Below are positions 1 through 8,430 of a stretch of 64,000 nt of DNA, one piece after another. The notes beneath the pieces are model-generated. The model did no database searches and was not told the DNA's origin. It saw only the letters and a program-made list of their open reading frames with translations. Origin of the DNA: Nautiliales bacterium (GTDB lineage Bacteria; Campylobacterota; Campylobacteria; Campylobacterales; JAADDX01). The position numbers and the translations under genes were made by a program. Where the stretch lies: positions 6,254 to 70,253 of the forward strand of contig JAUUDM010000033.1 in assembly GCA_030826765.1 (NCBI GenBank), in the 5' to 3' direction. Position 1 is the first letter of the stretch. Each line of letters begins with the position of its first letter.

Positions 1-645
1 AATATTTTCAGGATCGCTTAAAAGTCCTTGAAGAGAAAATTCTCCAGAATTTCTAAATGGAAGCCATCCTAAAATATCTCTATCTACATTTTTAATATTA
101 TCTTTTATATCACTAATAGATTCTTTTTTTACGCCATAAAATTTTAATTTATCAATCGTAATTCTTTCACCTTTATTAATAGTTATAGTTAAAATTATTC
201 CATTTGCTTGTTTTTTTGTATCAAAAATTACAACTGTATTAAATTTACCTTTTGCATCATAATAACTTGTAATTAAATTTCTAATCTCTTTTAATTTTTC
301 ATTTGAAAAAATTTCACCTCTTTTTATTTTTTCTTTAATTATTTTTTTTAAATCTTCACTCACATTTTTATATTTAATATTTAAAATTTCAGGTTTTTCT
401 ATAAATTCAAATTTTAAAACACCATTTTCAAAATCGGCTTTAATATTCTTGAAATATCCATAAGAATAAAAATTTTTAATTGTTTTATCAACTTTTTCTA
501 TATCTAAATAATCACCTTTATGTAAAAGTGAAGTCTGTTTTGCACTAATAATAGATAAATGTTTTAAATCATTAAATTCAACTTTATCTATTTGATTATT
601 AGCAGCAAAAAGCATAAATGGTGCTAAAAATAGTATTTTCTTCAT
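1..645 (-). CDS. bamA: Outer membrane protein assembly factor BamA, N-terminal part (runs off the left edge)
   Basis: Not in the ORF track. Manual translation from ATG 645: MKKILFLAPFMLFAANNQIDKVEFNDLKHLS...IKNFYSYGYFKNI...FIEKPEI...YYDAKG...GWLPFRNSGEF = signal peptide plus POTRA repeats. GGAG RBS upstream; divergent from tyrA. Confidence 0.85.
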   Translation of the reverse strand, partial: MKKILFLAPFMLFAANNQIDKVEFNDLKHLSIISAKQTSLLHKGDYLDIEKVDKTIKNFYSYGYFKNIKADFENGVLKFEFIEKPEILNIKYKNVSEDLKKIIKEKIKRGEIFSNEKLKEIRNLITSYYDAKGKFNTVVIFDTKKQANGIILTITINKGERITIDKLKFYGVKKESISDIKDNIKNVDRDILGWLPFRNSGEFSLQGLLSDPENI

Positions 646-702
646 AATAATAATTTCTCCTATTTTAATTAATAATTTTATTTAATTATTTTAATGTCAA
701 GA

Positions 703-725
703 ATTATATCAAAATTTGCTATAAT
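703..725. promoter_or_regulatory. Back-to-back extended -10 elements for bamA (minus) and tyrA (plus)
   Basis: Minus TGATATAAT at 703-711; plus TGCTATAAT at 717-725. Confidence 0.6.
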
Positions 726-769
726 CCTAATTAAAAAGCATCTTTGTTTAGATATTTGAAGGAAAATTT

Positions 770-1603
770 ATGATTTTAGGTATTATTGGATTAGGTCTAA
801 TGGGAGGAAGCTTTGCAATAAGTTGCAAACAAAATTACAATTTTACAAAAATAGTTGGAATTGACCATAATACAAAGCACGCCCAAACTGCTTTAAAATT
901 AAATTTAGTTGATGAAATTATAGAATTTAATGAATTACATAAATGTGATGTAATCGTTATTTCTGTTCCTATTTGTGCAATTATTTGCATTTTAAAAGAC
1001 TTATCTAAAATGAATTTAAAAAAAAATGTAACTATTATAGATTTTGGTTCTACTAAAGAAGAAATAATAAAAAAATGCCCTGAAAACATCAGAAAAAATT
1101 TCGTTCCTTCTCATCCAATGGCAGGTACGGAATATTCAGGACCAGAGGCTGCTTTACCTAATCTATTTGAAAATAAAGTAATGGTTGTTTGTAATATTGA
1201 AGACTCTGGAAAATATCAAGTTAATTTAGCTTTAGATATTTATAAAAAAATCAAAATGAATATAAAAATTATGGATGCACATGAACATGATAGACATGCA
1301 GCATTTATATCTCATATGCCTCATATCGTAAGTTATTCATTAACAAATTCTGTTTTAAAACAAGAAGACAAAAACCATATTGTAACACTTGCAGCTGGTG
1401 GATTTAGAAGTATGGCACGCTTAGCAAAAAGTAATCCAGCTATGTGGAAAGATATATTTGAAAGTAATGAACAAAACTTACTTGATGCAATTGAAGCGTT
1501 TGAAAAAGAATTAAAAAAGGCAAAAAATTTAATTAAAGAAAAAGAATATGATAAATTATATGAATGGATGGAAAAAGGAAATAAATTACACGAAATTTTA
1601 TAA
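770..1603 (+). CDS. tyrA: Prephenate dehydrogenase
   Basis: GLGLMGGS Rossmann motif, DFGSTK, HPMAGTE, HD..AAFISHMPH. Confidence 0.95.
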   Translation: MILGIIGLGLMGGSFAISCKQNYNFTKIVGIDHNTKHAQTALKLNLVDEIIEFNELHKCDVIVISVPICAIICILKDLSKMNLKKNVTIIDFGSTKEEIIKKCPENIRKNFVPSHPMAGTEYSGPEAALPNLFENKVMVVCNIEDSGKYQVNLALDIYKKIKMNIKIMDAHEHDRHAAFISHMPHIVSYSLTNSVLKQEDKNHIVTLAAGGFRSMARLAKSNPAMWKDIFESNEQNLLDAIEAFEKELKKAKNLIKEKEYDKLYEWMEKGNKLHEIL

Positions 1604-1613
1604 AGGAAGTAAA

Positions 1614-2153
1614 ATGTTATTAGGATATAAAAATGATTTTCCAAAAATAGATAAAACTGCTTGGATAGCTCCAAGTGCTGATATTGTAGGAGATGTTGAA
1701 ATTGGTGAAGATAGTTCAATCTGGTTTGGATGTGTTGTTAGAGGAGATGTTCATTTTATCAAAATAGGAAAAAGAACTTCAATTCAAGATATGAGTATGA
1801 TTCATGTTACACATTTCAAAAAAGAAAAAATCATCGGTGATGGAAATCCTACTATCATCGGAGATGATGTAACAATCGCCCATAAAGTTATGCTTCACGG
1901 ATGTGAAATCAAAAATGCTTGTTTAATTGGAATGAGTGCTACTATTTTAGATGGTGCTGTAATTGGTGAAGAAAGCATCGTCGGTGCTGGAAGTTTAGTA
2001 ACTAAAAATAAAAAATTTCCACCAAGAAGCCTAATTATGGGAAGTCCTGCTAAGGTTGTAAGAGAACTGAGCGATAAAGAAGTAGCTGGAATTTATGCAA
2101 ATGCAAAAAATTATGTAAAATTCAAAAATGATTATATAAATACGATTCAATAA
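1614..2153 (+). CDS. Gamma carbonic anhydrase family (YrdA/PaaY-like) hexapeptide-repeat protein
   Basis: Left-handed beta-helix repeats, RGD, metal-ligand His in IHV and HKVMLHG. Start moved to ATG 1614 after an AAGGA RBS (track starts at 1548, inside tyrA). Confidence 0.9.
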   Translation: MLLGYKNDFPKIDKTAWIAPSADIVGDVEIGEDSSIWFGCVVRGDVHFIKIGKRTSIQDMSMIHVTHFKKEKIIGDGNPTIIGDDVTIAHKVMLHGCEIKNACLIGMSATILDGAVIGEESIVGAGSLVTKNKKFPPRSLIMGSPAKVVRELSDKEVAGIYANAKNYVKFKNDYINTIQ

Positions 2154-2161
2154 GGAATGCA

Positions 2162-4327
2162 ATGATAAAAAAATTAGATTTACAAGATTATATAAATTCT
2201 TTAGAATCACTTTTTGCAAGAAGTAAAAATTTTATTTTAGAAGGTGATATAAATGTCCATTATAAATATATTCAAAAGTTACAAAAATATGACTATGTAT
2301 CTCCTCCTACTATTATAAATTTAGATGAACAATTAATTAAATTAAAAAAACAAGGTGTTTTATCTCACAAAGAGATTTTTGAATTTGTTAAAATAATAAA
2401 TTATTTCAAATATTTAAAGTCAAGAAAATGGAGTGATTTAGAAGAGTGGTTTCATAAAATAGAAATCCCAGATGAAATTGAAAATATAATAAAAAAATAT
2501 GATAAAAAAGGAAATTTAACAGGAATTGAAGAGCTTGATAATATCAATCAATTAATTTCTCAAAATAGAAGTAATATCCGTCAATCTTTATATAAAGTTG
2601 TAAATTATTCTAAACTAAGTAGCTATTTAGTAGATAGACAAATCCACCTTGTAAATGATGAAGAGTGTGTAATGCTTAGAGGTGGATTTAATAGAGTTTT
2701 AAAAGGGGAAATAGTTGGAAGAAGTGCAAATGGATATTTTTATGTATTTCCAAGTGAAATTTCAAGATTTAAAGATAGAGAAAGCGAACTTTTAAGCAAA
2801 AAAGAAGAAATAGAGTATCAATATGCAAAAGAATTTAGTGAAATTTTTACAAAATGGAATAAATTTCTAAGTTTTATAAATAAAGAGTTTGATAAGTTTG
2901 ATTCATATAATGCCAGAATTAATTTAGCAAAAGGAAAAAATTTAGAATTTATTCTACCTAAAAAAGATAAAAAAATAATTCTTAAAAATTTCTGTCACCC
3001 TGCTCTAAAAAACTGTAAAAGTATTGATTTAGAATACAATAAAAACATTTTACTAATAACTGGAGTAAATGCTGGTGGTAAAACTATGCTTTTAAAATCA
3101 ATCCTAACATCAGCTTTTATGGCAAAATATCTGCTTCCTATGAAAGCACATCCTGATTCACATATAGGACACTTCAAAAACATAATAGCAATTATAGATG
3201 ATCCACAAAGTGTAAAAAATGACATATCTACATTTGCAGGAAGAATAAAAGAGTTTGCAAAACTTTTTAATTCAAAAGATGCTTTAATTGGAGTTGATGA
3301 AATAGAACTTGGAACAGATGCAAATGAAGCAGCAAGTCTATTTAAAGTAATTATTCAAGAATTAATTAATCAAAAAATAGTTATTACAACTCACCATAAA
3401 AGATTAGCTTCACTTCTTGCAAATGATGAAAGAGTAGAACTTTTAGCAGCAATTTACGATGAAGAAAAACAAAAACCAACATATGAATTTATCCAGGGAA
3501 CTATTGGAAGAAGTTATGCTTTTGAAACTGCTTTAAAATATGGAATTCCAGCAAGAATTGTTAATAAAGCTAAAAAAGAATATGGAGATGATTTAGAAAA
3601 TTTAAATCTATTGATTGAAAAAACTGCTAAACTTGAACTTGAGCTTAAACTAAAAAATAGAGAAATTGATGAAAAACTTGAGAATATTAAAAAAATAGAA
3701 GAATCATTAAAATATCAAAAAGAAGAATTTAATAAAAATATTGAACAAGAAAAACTTAAACTATTAAAAGAGTATAATGAAGCAATTAAAGTTGCTAAAG
3801 AAGCCCAAAAAGCCAAAAATGAAAAAGAATTTCATCAAAAACTAAATGAAGCAAATTCTAAAAAATCTCAAATTAAAATAAAAAAAGAAGATACTCATGA
3901 AAAAATAGAAGTTGGAGATAATGTAAAATATTTTAATTCCAAAGGACAAGTAGTTTCAATAACTGGAAAAAATGCAATTATAGATGTAGATGGGAAAAAA
4001 ATAACAGCTCCACTTAATGCACTAAAAAAATATATTAAAACTAAAAAACTTAAAAAAGTATCTTTTAATAAACCAAAACCTTCTAAAATAGATGTAAAAC
4101 TGGATTTACACGGAATGAGATATGAAGAAGCTATGGAAAAAGCGGATAAATTTATAAATAATGCTCTTTTAGCAGGTCTAAATGAGATAGTAATTTATCA
4201 CGGAATGGGAAAAGGGATTTTAGCAGCTGGAATTAAAAACCTTCTTAAAAGCCATCCTTTAGTAAAAGAATTCCACCCAGCACCACCAAATATGGGTGGA
4301 TATGGAGCGACTATTGTTAAATTATAA
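2162..4327 (+). CDS. mutS2: Endonuclease MutS2
   Basis: Walker A GVNAGGKT, ISTF, DEIELGTD, coiled coil, C-terminal Smr domain (LDLHG...HGMGKGIL...GGYGAT). Confidence 0.95.
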   Translation: MIKKLDLQDYINSLESLFARSKNFILEGDINVHYKYIQKLQKYDYVSPPTIINLDEQLIKLKKQGVLSHKEIFEFVKIINYFKYLKSRKWSDLEEWFHKIEIPDEIENIIKKYDKKGNLTGIEELDNINQLISQNRSNIRQSLYKVVNYSKLSSYLVDRQIHLVNDEECVMLRGGFNRVLKGEIVGRSANGYFYVFPSEISRFKDRESELLSKKEEIEYQYAKEFSEIFTKWNKFLSFINKEFDKFDSYNARINLAKGKNLEFILPKKDKKIILKNFCHPALKNCKSIDLEYNKNILLITGVNAGGKTMLLKSILTSAFMAKYLLPMKAHPDSHIGHFKNIIAIIDDPQSVKNDISTFAGRIKEFAKLFNSKDALIGVDEIELGTDANEAASLFKVIIQELINQKIVITTHHKRLASLLANDERVELLAAIYDEEKQKPTYEFIQGTIGRSYAFETALKYGIPARIVNKAKKEYGDDLENLNLLIEKTAKLELELKLKNREIDEKLENIKKIEESLKYQKEEFNKNIEQEKLKLLKEYNEAIKVAKEAQKAKNEKEFHQKLNEANSKKSQIKIKKEDTHEKIEVGDNVKYFNSKGQVVSITGKNAIIDVDGKKITAPLNALKKYIKTKKLKKVSFNKPKPSKIDVKLDLHGMRYEEAMEKADKFINNALLAGLNEIVIYHGMGKGILAAGIKNLLKSHPLVKEFHPAPPNMGGYGATIVKL

Positions 4328-4354
4328 AGTTTTTACTTAAAAATCATTTTTTTA

Positions 4355-4403
4355 TGATATACTTCTATTACTAAAGAAAGAAACTTCGGTTTCTGTGTTT
4401 TAG
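4355..4403 (+). promoter_or_regulatory. Extended -10 (TGATATACT) followed by a 5' leader hairpin with a cUUCGg tetraloop
   Basis: TG-a-TATACT at 4355-4363; stem AGAAAC(4379-4384)-TTCG-GTTTCT(4389-4394), extended by CTAAA(4371-4375)/TTTAG(4399-4403). Confidence 0.55.
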
Positions 4404-4429
4404 AATTTATTACAAAGAGAACTTAGAAC

Positions 4430-4687
4430 ATGAACATTTATGTTGGAAATTTGGCTTATAGCCTAACAGAAGATGAATTAGCAAACGAATTTGCTAATTA
4501 TGGTGAAGTAACTAGTGCAAAAATTATCGTTGACAGAGAAAACAACAATAGAAGTAAAGGTTTTGGATTTATTGAAATGAGTGATGACTCAGCTGCTCAA
4601 AAAGCAATTGAAGAACTTAACGGTAAAGAAGTAGCGGGAAGAAACTTAAGAGTTAACGAAGCTAAACCAAGACAACCAAGATATTAA
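4430..4687 (+). CDS. Single-RRM RNA-binding protein
   Basis: RNP2 IYVGNL and RNP1 KGFGFIEM; ends LRVNEAKPR. Confidence 0.95.
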   Translation: MNIYVGNLAYSLTEDELANEFANYGEVTSAKIIVDRENNNRSKGFGFIEMSDDSAAQKAIEELNGKEVAGRNLRVNEAKPRQPRY

Positions 4688-4697
4688 TTTTATTATA

Positions 4698-5102
4698 CTA
4701 ATATCCTTTTGGGATATTTAGTATTTTTGGATTAATTACAGATAATTCTCCATTTTTCATAATTTCATCATACCATTTTCCTAATTGACTACTTGCTATA
4801 AATAACCAATCAATAAGCTCATCTGTTGCTTTATCTTTTTTACGAGCATTTTCTAATACTTCTTCTACTAATTTTGCAAATATATTCACTCTATTTAATT
4901 TCAAAAATGCCGTAGCAGACTTCAAAGAATGAAAAATTCTAAAAAGTTCATTTACAGCATCTTCATAATCATTATTTAATCTCTCGATAACTAAATCTAT
5001 CTCATCTATAATATAATCCCATTGACTCAGAAACTCTTCTACTATTTCAGGATCATTTTCTTCATTTAATTTATCTAAAATTCCCATAACCTTATTCTTC
5101 AA
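4698..5102 (-). CDS. Stand-alone Hpt (histidine phosphotransfer) domain protein
   Basis: ELFRIFHSLKS motif resembling CheA P1/Hpt; acidic helical bundle. Confidence 0.85.
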   Translation of the reverse strand: MKNKVMGILDKLNEENDPEIVEEFLSQWDYIIDEIDLVIERLNNDYEDAVNELFRIFHSLKSATAFLKLNRVNIFAKLVEEVLENARKKDKATDELIDWLFIASSQLGKWYDEIMKNGELSVINPKILNIPKGY

Positions 5103-6345
5103 TTCTAATTACATTAACAGGTTTTTTAACAAAATTTAATTTTTCTATTTCTTCTATTGAATTTTTAATATCTTTTTCAATTGCTTCATGAGTTGAAAGA
5201 AGTATTTTTACAAATTCATTTCCTTGTTTTTGAAGAAAATTACTGATTGATATACTATTTTTTGCAAAAATTGATGCTATTTTTTCAAGTACGCCTACCT
5301 CATCACTAACAGCAATTCTTAAATAATATTTACTTTTAATTTCATCTCTATTTCTTAATTTAAAATCTCCATTTTCTAGAGGCTTTTTATATCCAAGCAT
5401 AGGTGCATTACTTCCTCTTACAATCGAAATAATATCACTTATAACTGCACTTGCAGTAGCATCACCTCCAGCACCTGCTCCATAATATAGAGTTTCCCCT
5501 ACTTTATCACCCACAACACTAATAGCATTCATCACACCTTCTACTTTTGATATCATTTGATTATTAGGAACTAAAGTAGGATGAACTCTAAGTTCTATAA
5601 ACTCACCATCTTTTTTTGCAATACCTAAAAGTTTTATTTCATATCCAAACTCTTTTGCAAATTCCATATCAATAGTATCTATATTTTCAATACCTTCTAT
5701 TAAAATATCATCTGGTTTTGCATCAATATTATAAGCAATACTTGCTAAAATAAGAAGTTTATGAGCTGCGTCAAATCCACCAACATCAAAAGTAGGATCA
5801 GCTTCAGCGTACCCAAGCTCTTGAGCTACTTTTAAAATTTCATCATAATTGGCACCCTTTTTCATTTCAGTTAGCATATAGTTACAAGTTCCGTTGATAA
5901 TTCCTTTGATTGATTCAATATGATTTGCACTAAGTCCTTCTCTAAGGGCTTTAATTATGGGAATACCACCTGCTACACTTGCTTCATATTCAAAAGGTTT
6001 ATCTGTCATATTTTGAAGCTCAAACCTATGATAAGCAAGCAAAGCTTTATTTGCCGTCACTACTGATTTTCCATTTTCAATAGCACTTTTAACTATTTTA
6101 TAAGCTTCTTCTACTCCACCCATAAGTTCAACTACAATATCAATTTCATCATCAGTTGTAACATCTAAATAATTATCAGTAAGTTTAATATTTACATCTC
6201 TTTCTTTATTAAGATTTCTAACTACTCCAGTTTTAACAACTATCTCTTTTCCACTTCTTGCACGAATTATATCTTTATTATCTTCTAAAATCTTAACTAC
6301 ACTTTCTCCAACTGTTCCAACTCCAACAATTCCAATTTTTATCAT
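5092..6345 (-). CDS. hom: Homoserine dehydrogenase with C-terminal ACT domain
   Basis: GVGTVG, VTANKA, EASVAGGIP, GYAEADPTFDVGGFDAAHK. Confidence 0.97.
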   Translation of the reverse strand: MIKIGIVGVGTVGESVVKILEDNKDIIRARSGKEIVVKTGVVRNLNKERDVNIKLTDNYLDVTTDDEIDIVVELMGGVEEAYKIVKSAIENGKSVVTANKALLAYHRFELQNMTDKPFEYEASVAGGIPIIKALREGLSANHIESIKGIINGTCNYMLTEMKKGANYDEILKVAQELGYAEADPTFDVGGFDAAHKLLILASIAYNIDAKPDDILIEGIENIDTIDMEFAKEFGYEIKLLGIAKKDGEFIELRVHPTLVPNNQMISKVEGVMNAISVVGDKVGETLYYGAGAGGDATASAVISDIISIVRGSNAPMLGYKKPLENGDFKLRNRDEIKSKYYLRIAVSDEVGVLEKIASIFAKNSISISNFLQKQGNEFVKILLSTHEAIEKDIKNSIEEIEKLNFVKKPVNVIRIEE

Positions 6346-6366
6346 AATTTACCTTTTTATTTTTTA

Positions 6367-6382
6367 TGATATAATTATAACA
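6367..6382. promoter_or_regulatory. Overlapping bidirectional extended -10 elements (hom / lipoprotein-dapE)
   Basis: TGATATAATTATAACA: plus TGATATAAT 6367-6375, minus TGTTATAAT 6382-6374. Confidence 0.65.
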
Positions 6383-6402
6383 AAAAAAAGGATAAGAATA
6401 TA

Positions 6403-6744
6403 ATGAAAAAATATTTAATTGGATTAGGAGTTTTAGGGTTACTTTTTAGTGGATGTACACAAGAACAACAAAATAAAATAAGTAGAGGTGTTCAAAATTG
6501 GACTGGTGTAAATGGTGTTGTTGATATTTATAGTGGTGGGAAATTAATGAAAAGATTTATCAAAATTGATAAACTAACAACAGCAACAGCAACTGATGGA
6601 ACAGAATCAAGAGCCTACAGATATGGATATGGTTATATTGATTCAAACTTTAATTATAAAGTTGATAAAGATGAGAAAAAAGTATATTTTGAAATCAGTA
6701 ACTATTCTACTCAATATGTCTTTTATGAGAACCCTACTAAATAA
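6403..6744 (+). CDS. Hypothetical lipoprotein
   Basis: Lipobox FSG-C after a hydrophobic signal; AAGGA RBS; no function recognised. Confidence 0.8.
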   Translation: MKKYLIGLGVLGLLFSGCTQEQQNKISRGVQNWTGVNGVVDIYSGGKLMKRFIKIDKLTTATATDGTESRAYRYGYGYIDSNFNYKVDKDEKKVYFEISNYSTQYVFYENPTK

Positions 6745-6752
6745 GGATTAAA

Positions 6753-7847
6753 ATGACAATCAATGAACTTTTTATAAATCTTTTACAATTTAAATCAATA
6801 ACTCCAAATGATGATGGAGCTATGAAATTTATAAAAGAGTATTTAAATGAATATGAAGTAGTAGAAATTAATAAAAATGGTGTAAAAAATCTATTTTTAT
6901 ATAAAAAATTTAGTGAAGGAGAACATTTATGTTTCGCTGGGCATATTGATGTAGTTCCCGCAGGAGATGGTTGGGAAAGTGACCCTTTTACTCCTACTAT
7001 AAAAGATGATACAATTTATGCAAGAGGAACACAAGATATGAAAAGTGGAGTTGCTGCTTTTCTTTATGCGCTTAAACATACAAAAAACTTTAATGGAACA
7101 CTTAGCACAATTATCACAAGTGATGAAGAAGGTGATGCTAAATTTGGAACTATTGAAGTTTTAAAATATTTAAAAGAAAAAAACTTCTTACCTGATTATG
7201 CTGTAGTTGCTGAACCAACTTGTGAAAAAGAGTTTGGAGATGCTATAAAAATTGGAAGACGTGGAAGTATAAATGGAGTTTTAAAAGTTTTTGGGAAACA
7301 AGGACACGCCGCTTATCCTGAAAAATCCATAAATCCAATCCATCAAATCGCAAAAGTTTTAGATAAAATTGCTGGAATTAATTTAGATAATGGAGATGAA
7401 TATTTTGCTCCAAGTAAATTTGTAATTACAGATATAAGAGCAGGAATGGAAGTTACAAATGTAACACCAGGGGAACTTAAAATGATGTTTAATGTTCGAA
7501 ATAATACTCACACTTCAAAAGAAGATATAAAAAACTTTATTAGTAAATATTTTAAAGATATAAAATATACATTGGACTTAAATCAGAGTGCAAAACCATT
7601 TGTTACAAAACCTGATTCTAAAATAGTTAGATTATTAGATGAATCTATCAAAGAAGAAACAAATATAAAACCAAAACATTCAACAGCAGGTGGAACAAGT
7701 GATGCTAGATTTTTGGCAAAATTTGGTATTAAAGCCATAGAATTTGGAGTAATTAATGATTCAATTCACGCTCCAAATGAAAATACAAAACTAAAATATA
7801 TTGTGCAATTATCAAATATTTTTCAAAATACAATAAACAAATTTTGA
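6753..7847 (+). CDS. dapE: Succinyl-diaminopimelate desuccinylase
   Basis: M20 motifs AGHIDVVP, DMKSG, SDEEG, EPT, GRRGS, GGTSDAR, IHAPNE. Confidence 0.95.
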   Translation: MTINELFINLLQFKSITPNDDGAMKFIKEYLNEYEVVEINKNGVKNLFLYKKFSEGEHLCFAGHIDVVPAGDGWESDPFTPTIKDDTIYARGTQDMKSGVAAFLYALKHTKNFNGTLSTIITSDEEGDAKFGTIEVLKYLKEKNFLPDYAVVAEPTCEKEFGDAIKIGRRGSINGVLKVFGKQGHAAYPEKSINPIHQIAKVLDKIAGINLDNGDEYFAPSKFVITDIRAGMEVTNVTPGELKMMFNVRNNTHTSKEDIKNFISKYFKDIKYTLDLNQSAKPFVTKPDSKIVRLLDESIKEETNIKPKHSTAGGTSDARFLAKFGIKAIEFGVINDSIHAPNENTKLKYIVQLSNIFQNTINKF

Positions 7848-7853
7848 TATAAT
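7845..7853 (+). promoter_or_regulatory. Extended -10 overlapping the dapE stop codon
   Basis: TGATATAAT about 20 bp upstream of ATG 7873. Confidence 0.5.
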
Positions 7854-7872
7854 TATGCAAAAAAGGAATTAA

Positions 7873-8397
7873 ATGAAAAAATTATTAATTGCAACTGCTT
7901 TAACATCAAGTATGTTATTTGCTAGAAATTTTGCAAATTTACAAATCACAAACTCAACAATTTTTGTAAATGCACAAGCACAAATATCACAATCTCAACC
8001 ACTTTATGTAAGAGGTGGTTATTTAATAAATAAAAACAAACATTATTTTGTATATGCTGGAATAAAAAGTGAAGGAAATCTATTGGGAGATAATTCTTCT
8101 ATTATGGCTTCACTTTTTATAGATGGAGTTTATACAAAAGATTATAGTGCTATGCCAATCGGTATAGGAGCATCAAGTTATTTACCATTTTTACAAGTAC
8201 CAACTTTTATAAAAGCTGAAATAGAATATGCACCAGAAATTTTAAGTTTTAATAAAGCAAATAGATTTTTAAAAGCTAATGCTGAAATAGGTATGCAATT
8301 TATTAAAAATGCAGAAGCTTTCGTAGGATATAGAAATATTTCATTTAATCATACTTATAATAATGCAATATATGCAGGAGTTGGATTTAATTTTTAA
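7873..8397 (+). CDS. Small outer-membrane beta-barrel protein (YfaZ-like)
   Basis: Signal peptide, alternating aromatic beta strands, YAPEILSF, terminal YAGVGFNF beta-signal. Confidence 0.7.
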   Translation: MKKLLIATALTSSMLFARNFANLQITNSTIFVNAQAQISQSQPLYVRGGYLINKNKHYFVYAGIKSEGNLLGDNSSIMASLFIDGVYTKDYSAMPIGIGASSYLPFLQVPTFIKAEIEYAPEILSFNKANRFLKANAEIGMQFIKNAEAFVGYRNISFNHTYNNAIYAGVGFNF

Positions 8398-8401
8398 ATC
8401 C
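8383..8401. terminator. Possible hairpin terminator between convergent genes
   Basis: GGATTTAA-ttt-TTAAATCC; AT-rich and weak. Confidence 0.3.
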
Positions 8402-8430
8402 TTCTTTATCCTCCTATAAAAAAAATAAAT

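Noticed and set aside
6367-6382. 16-bp palindrome as a Fur/PerR box
   Set aside because: It does not fit the TGATAAT-N-ATTATCA spacing, the flanking genes are not iron-related, and two overlapping -10 elements explain it more simply.
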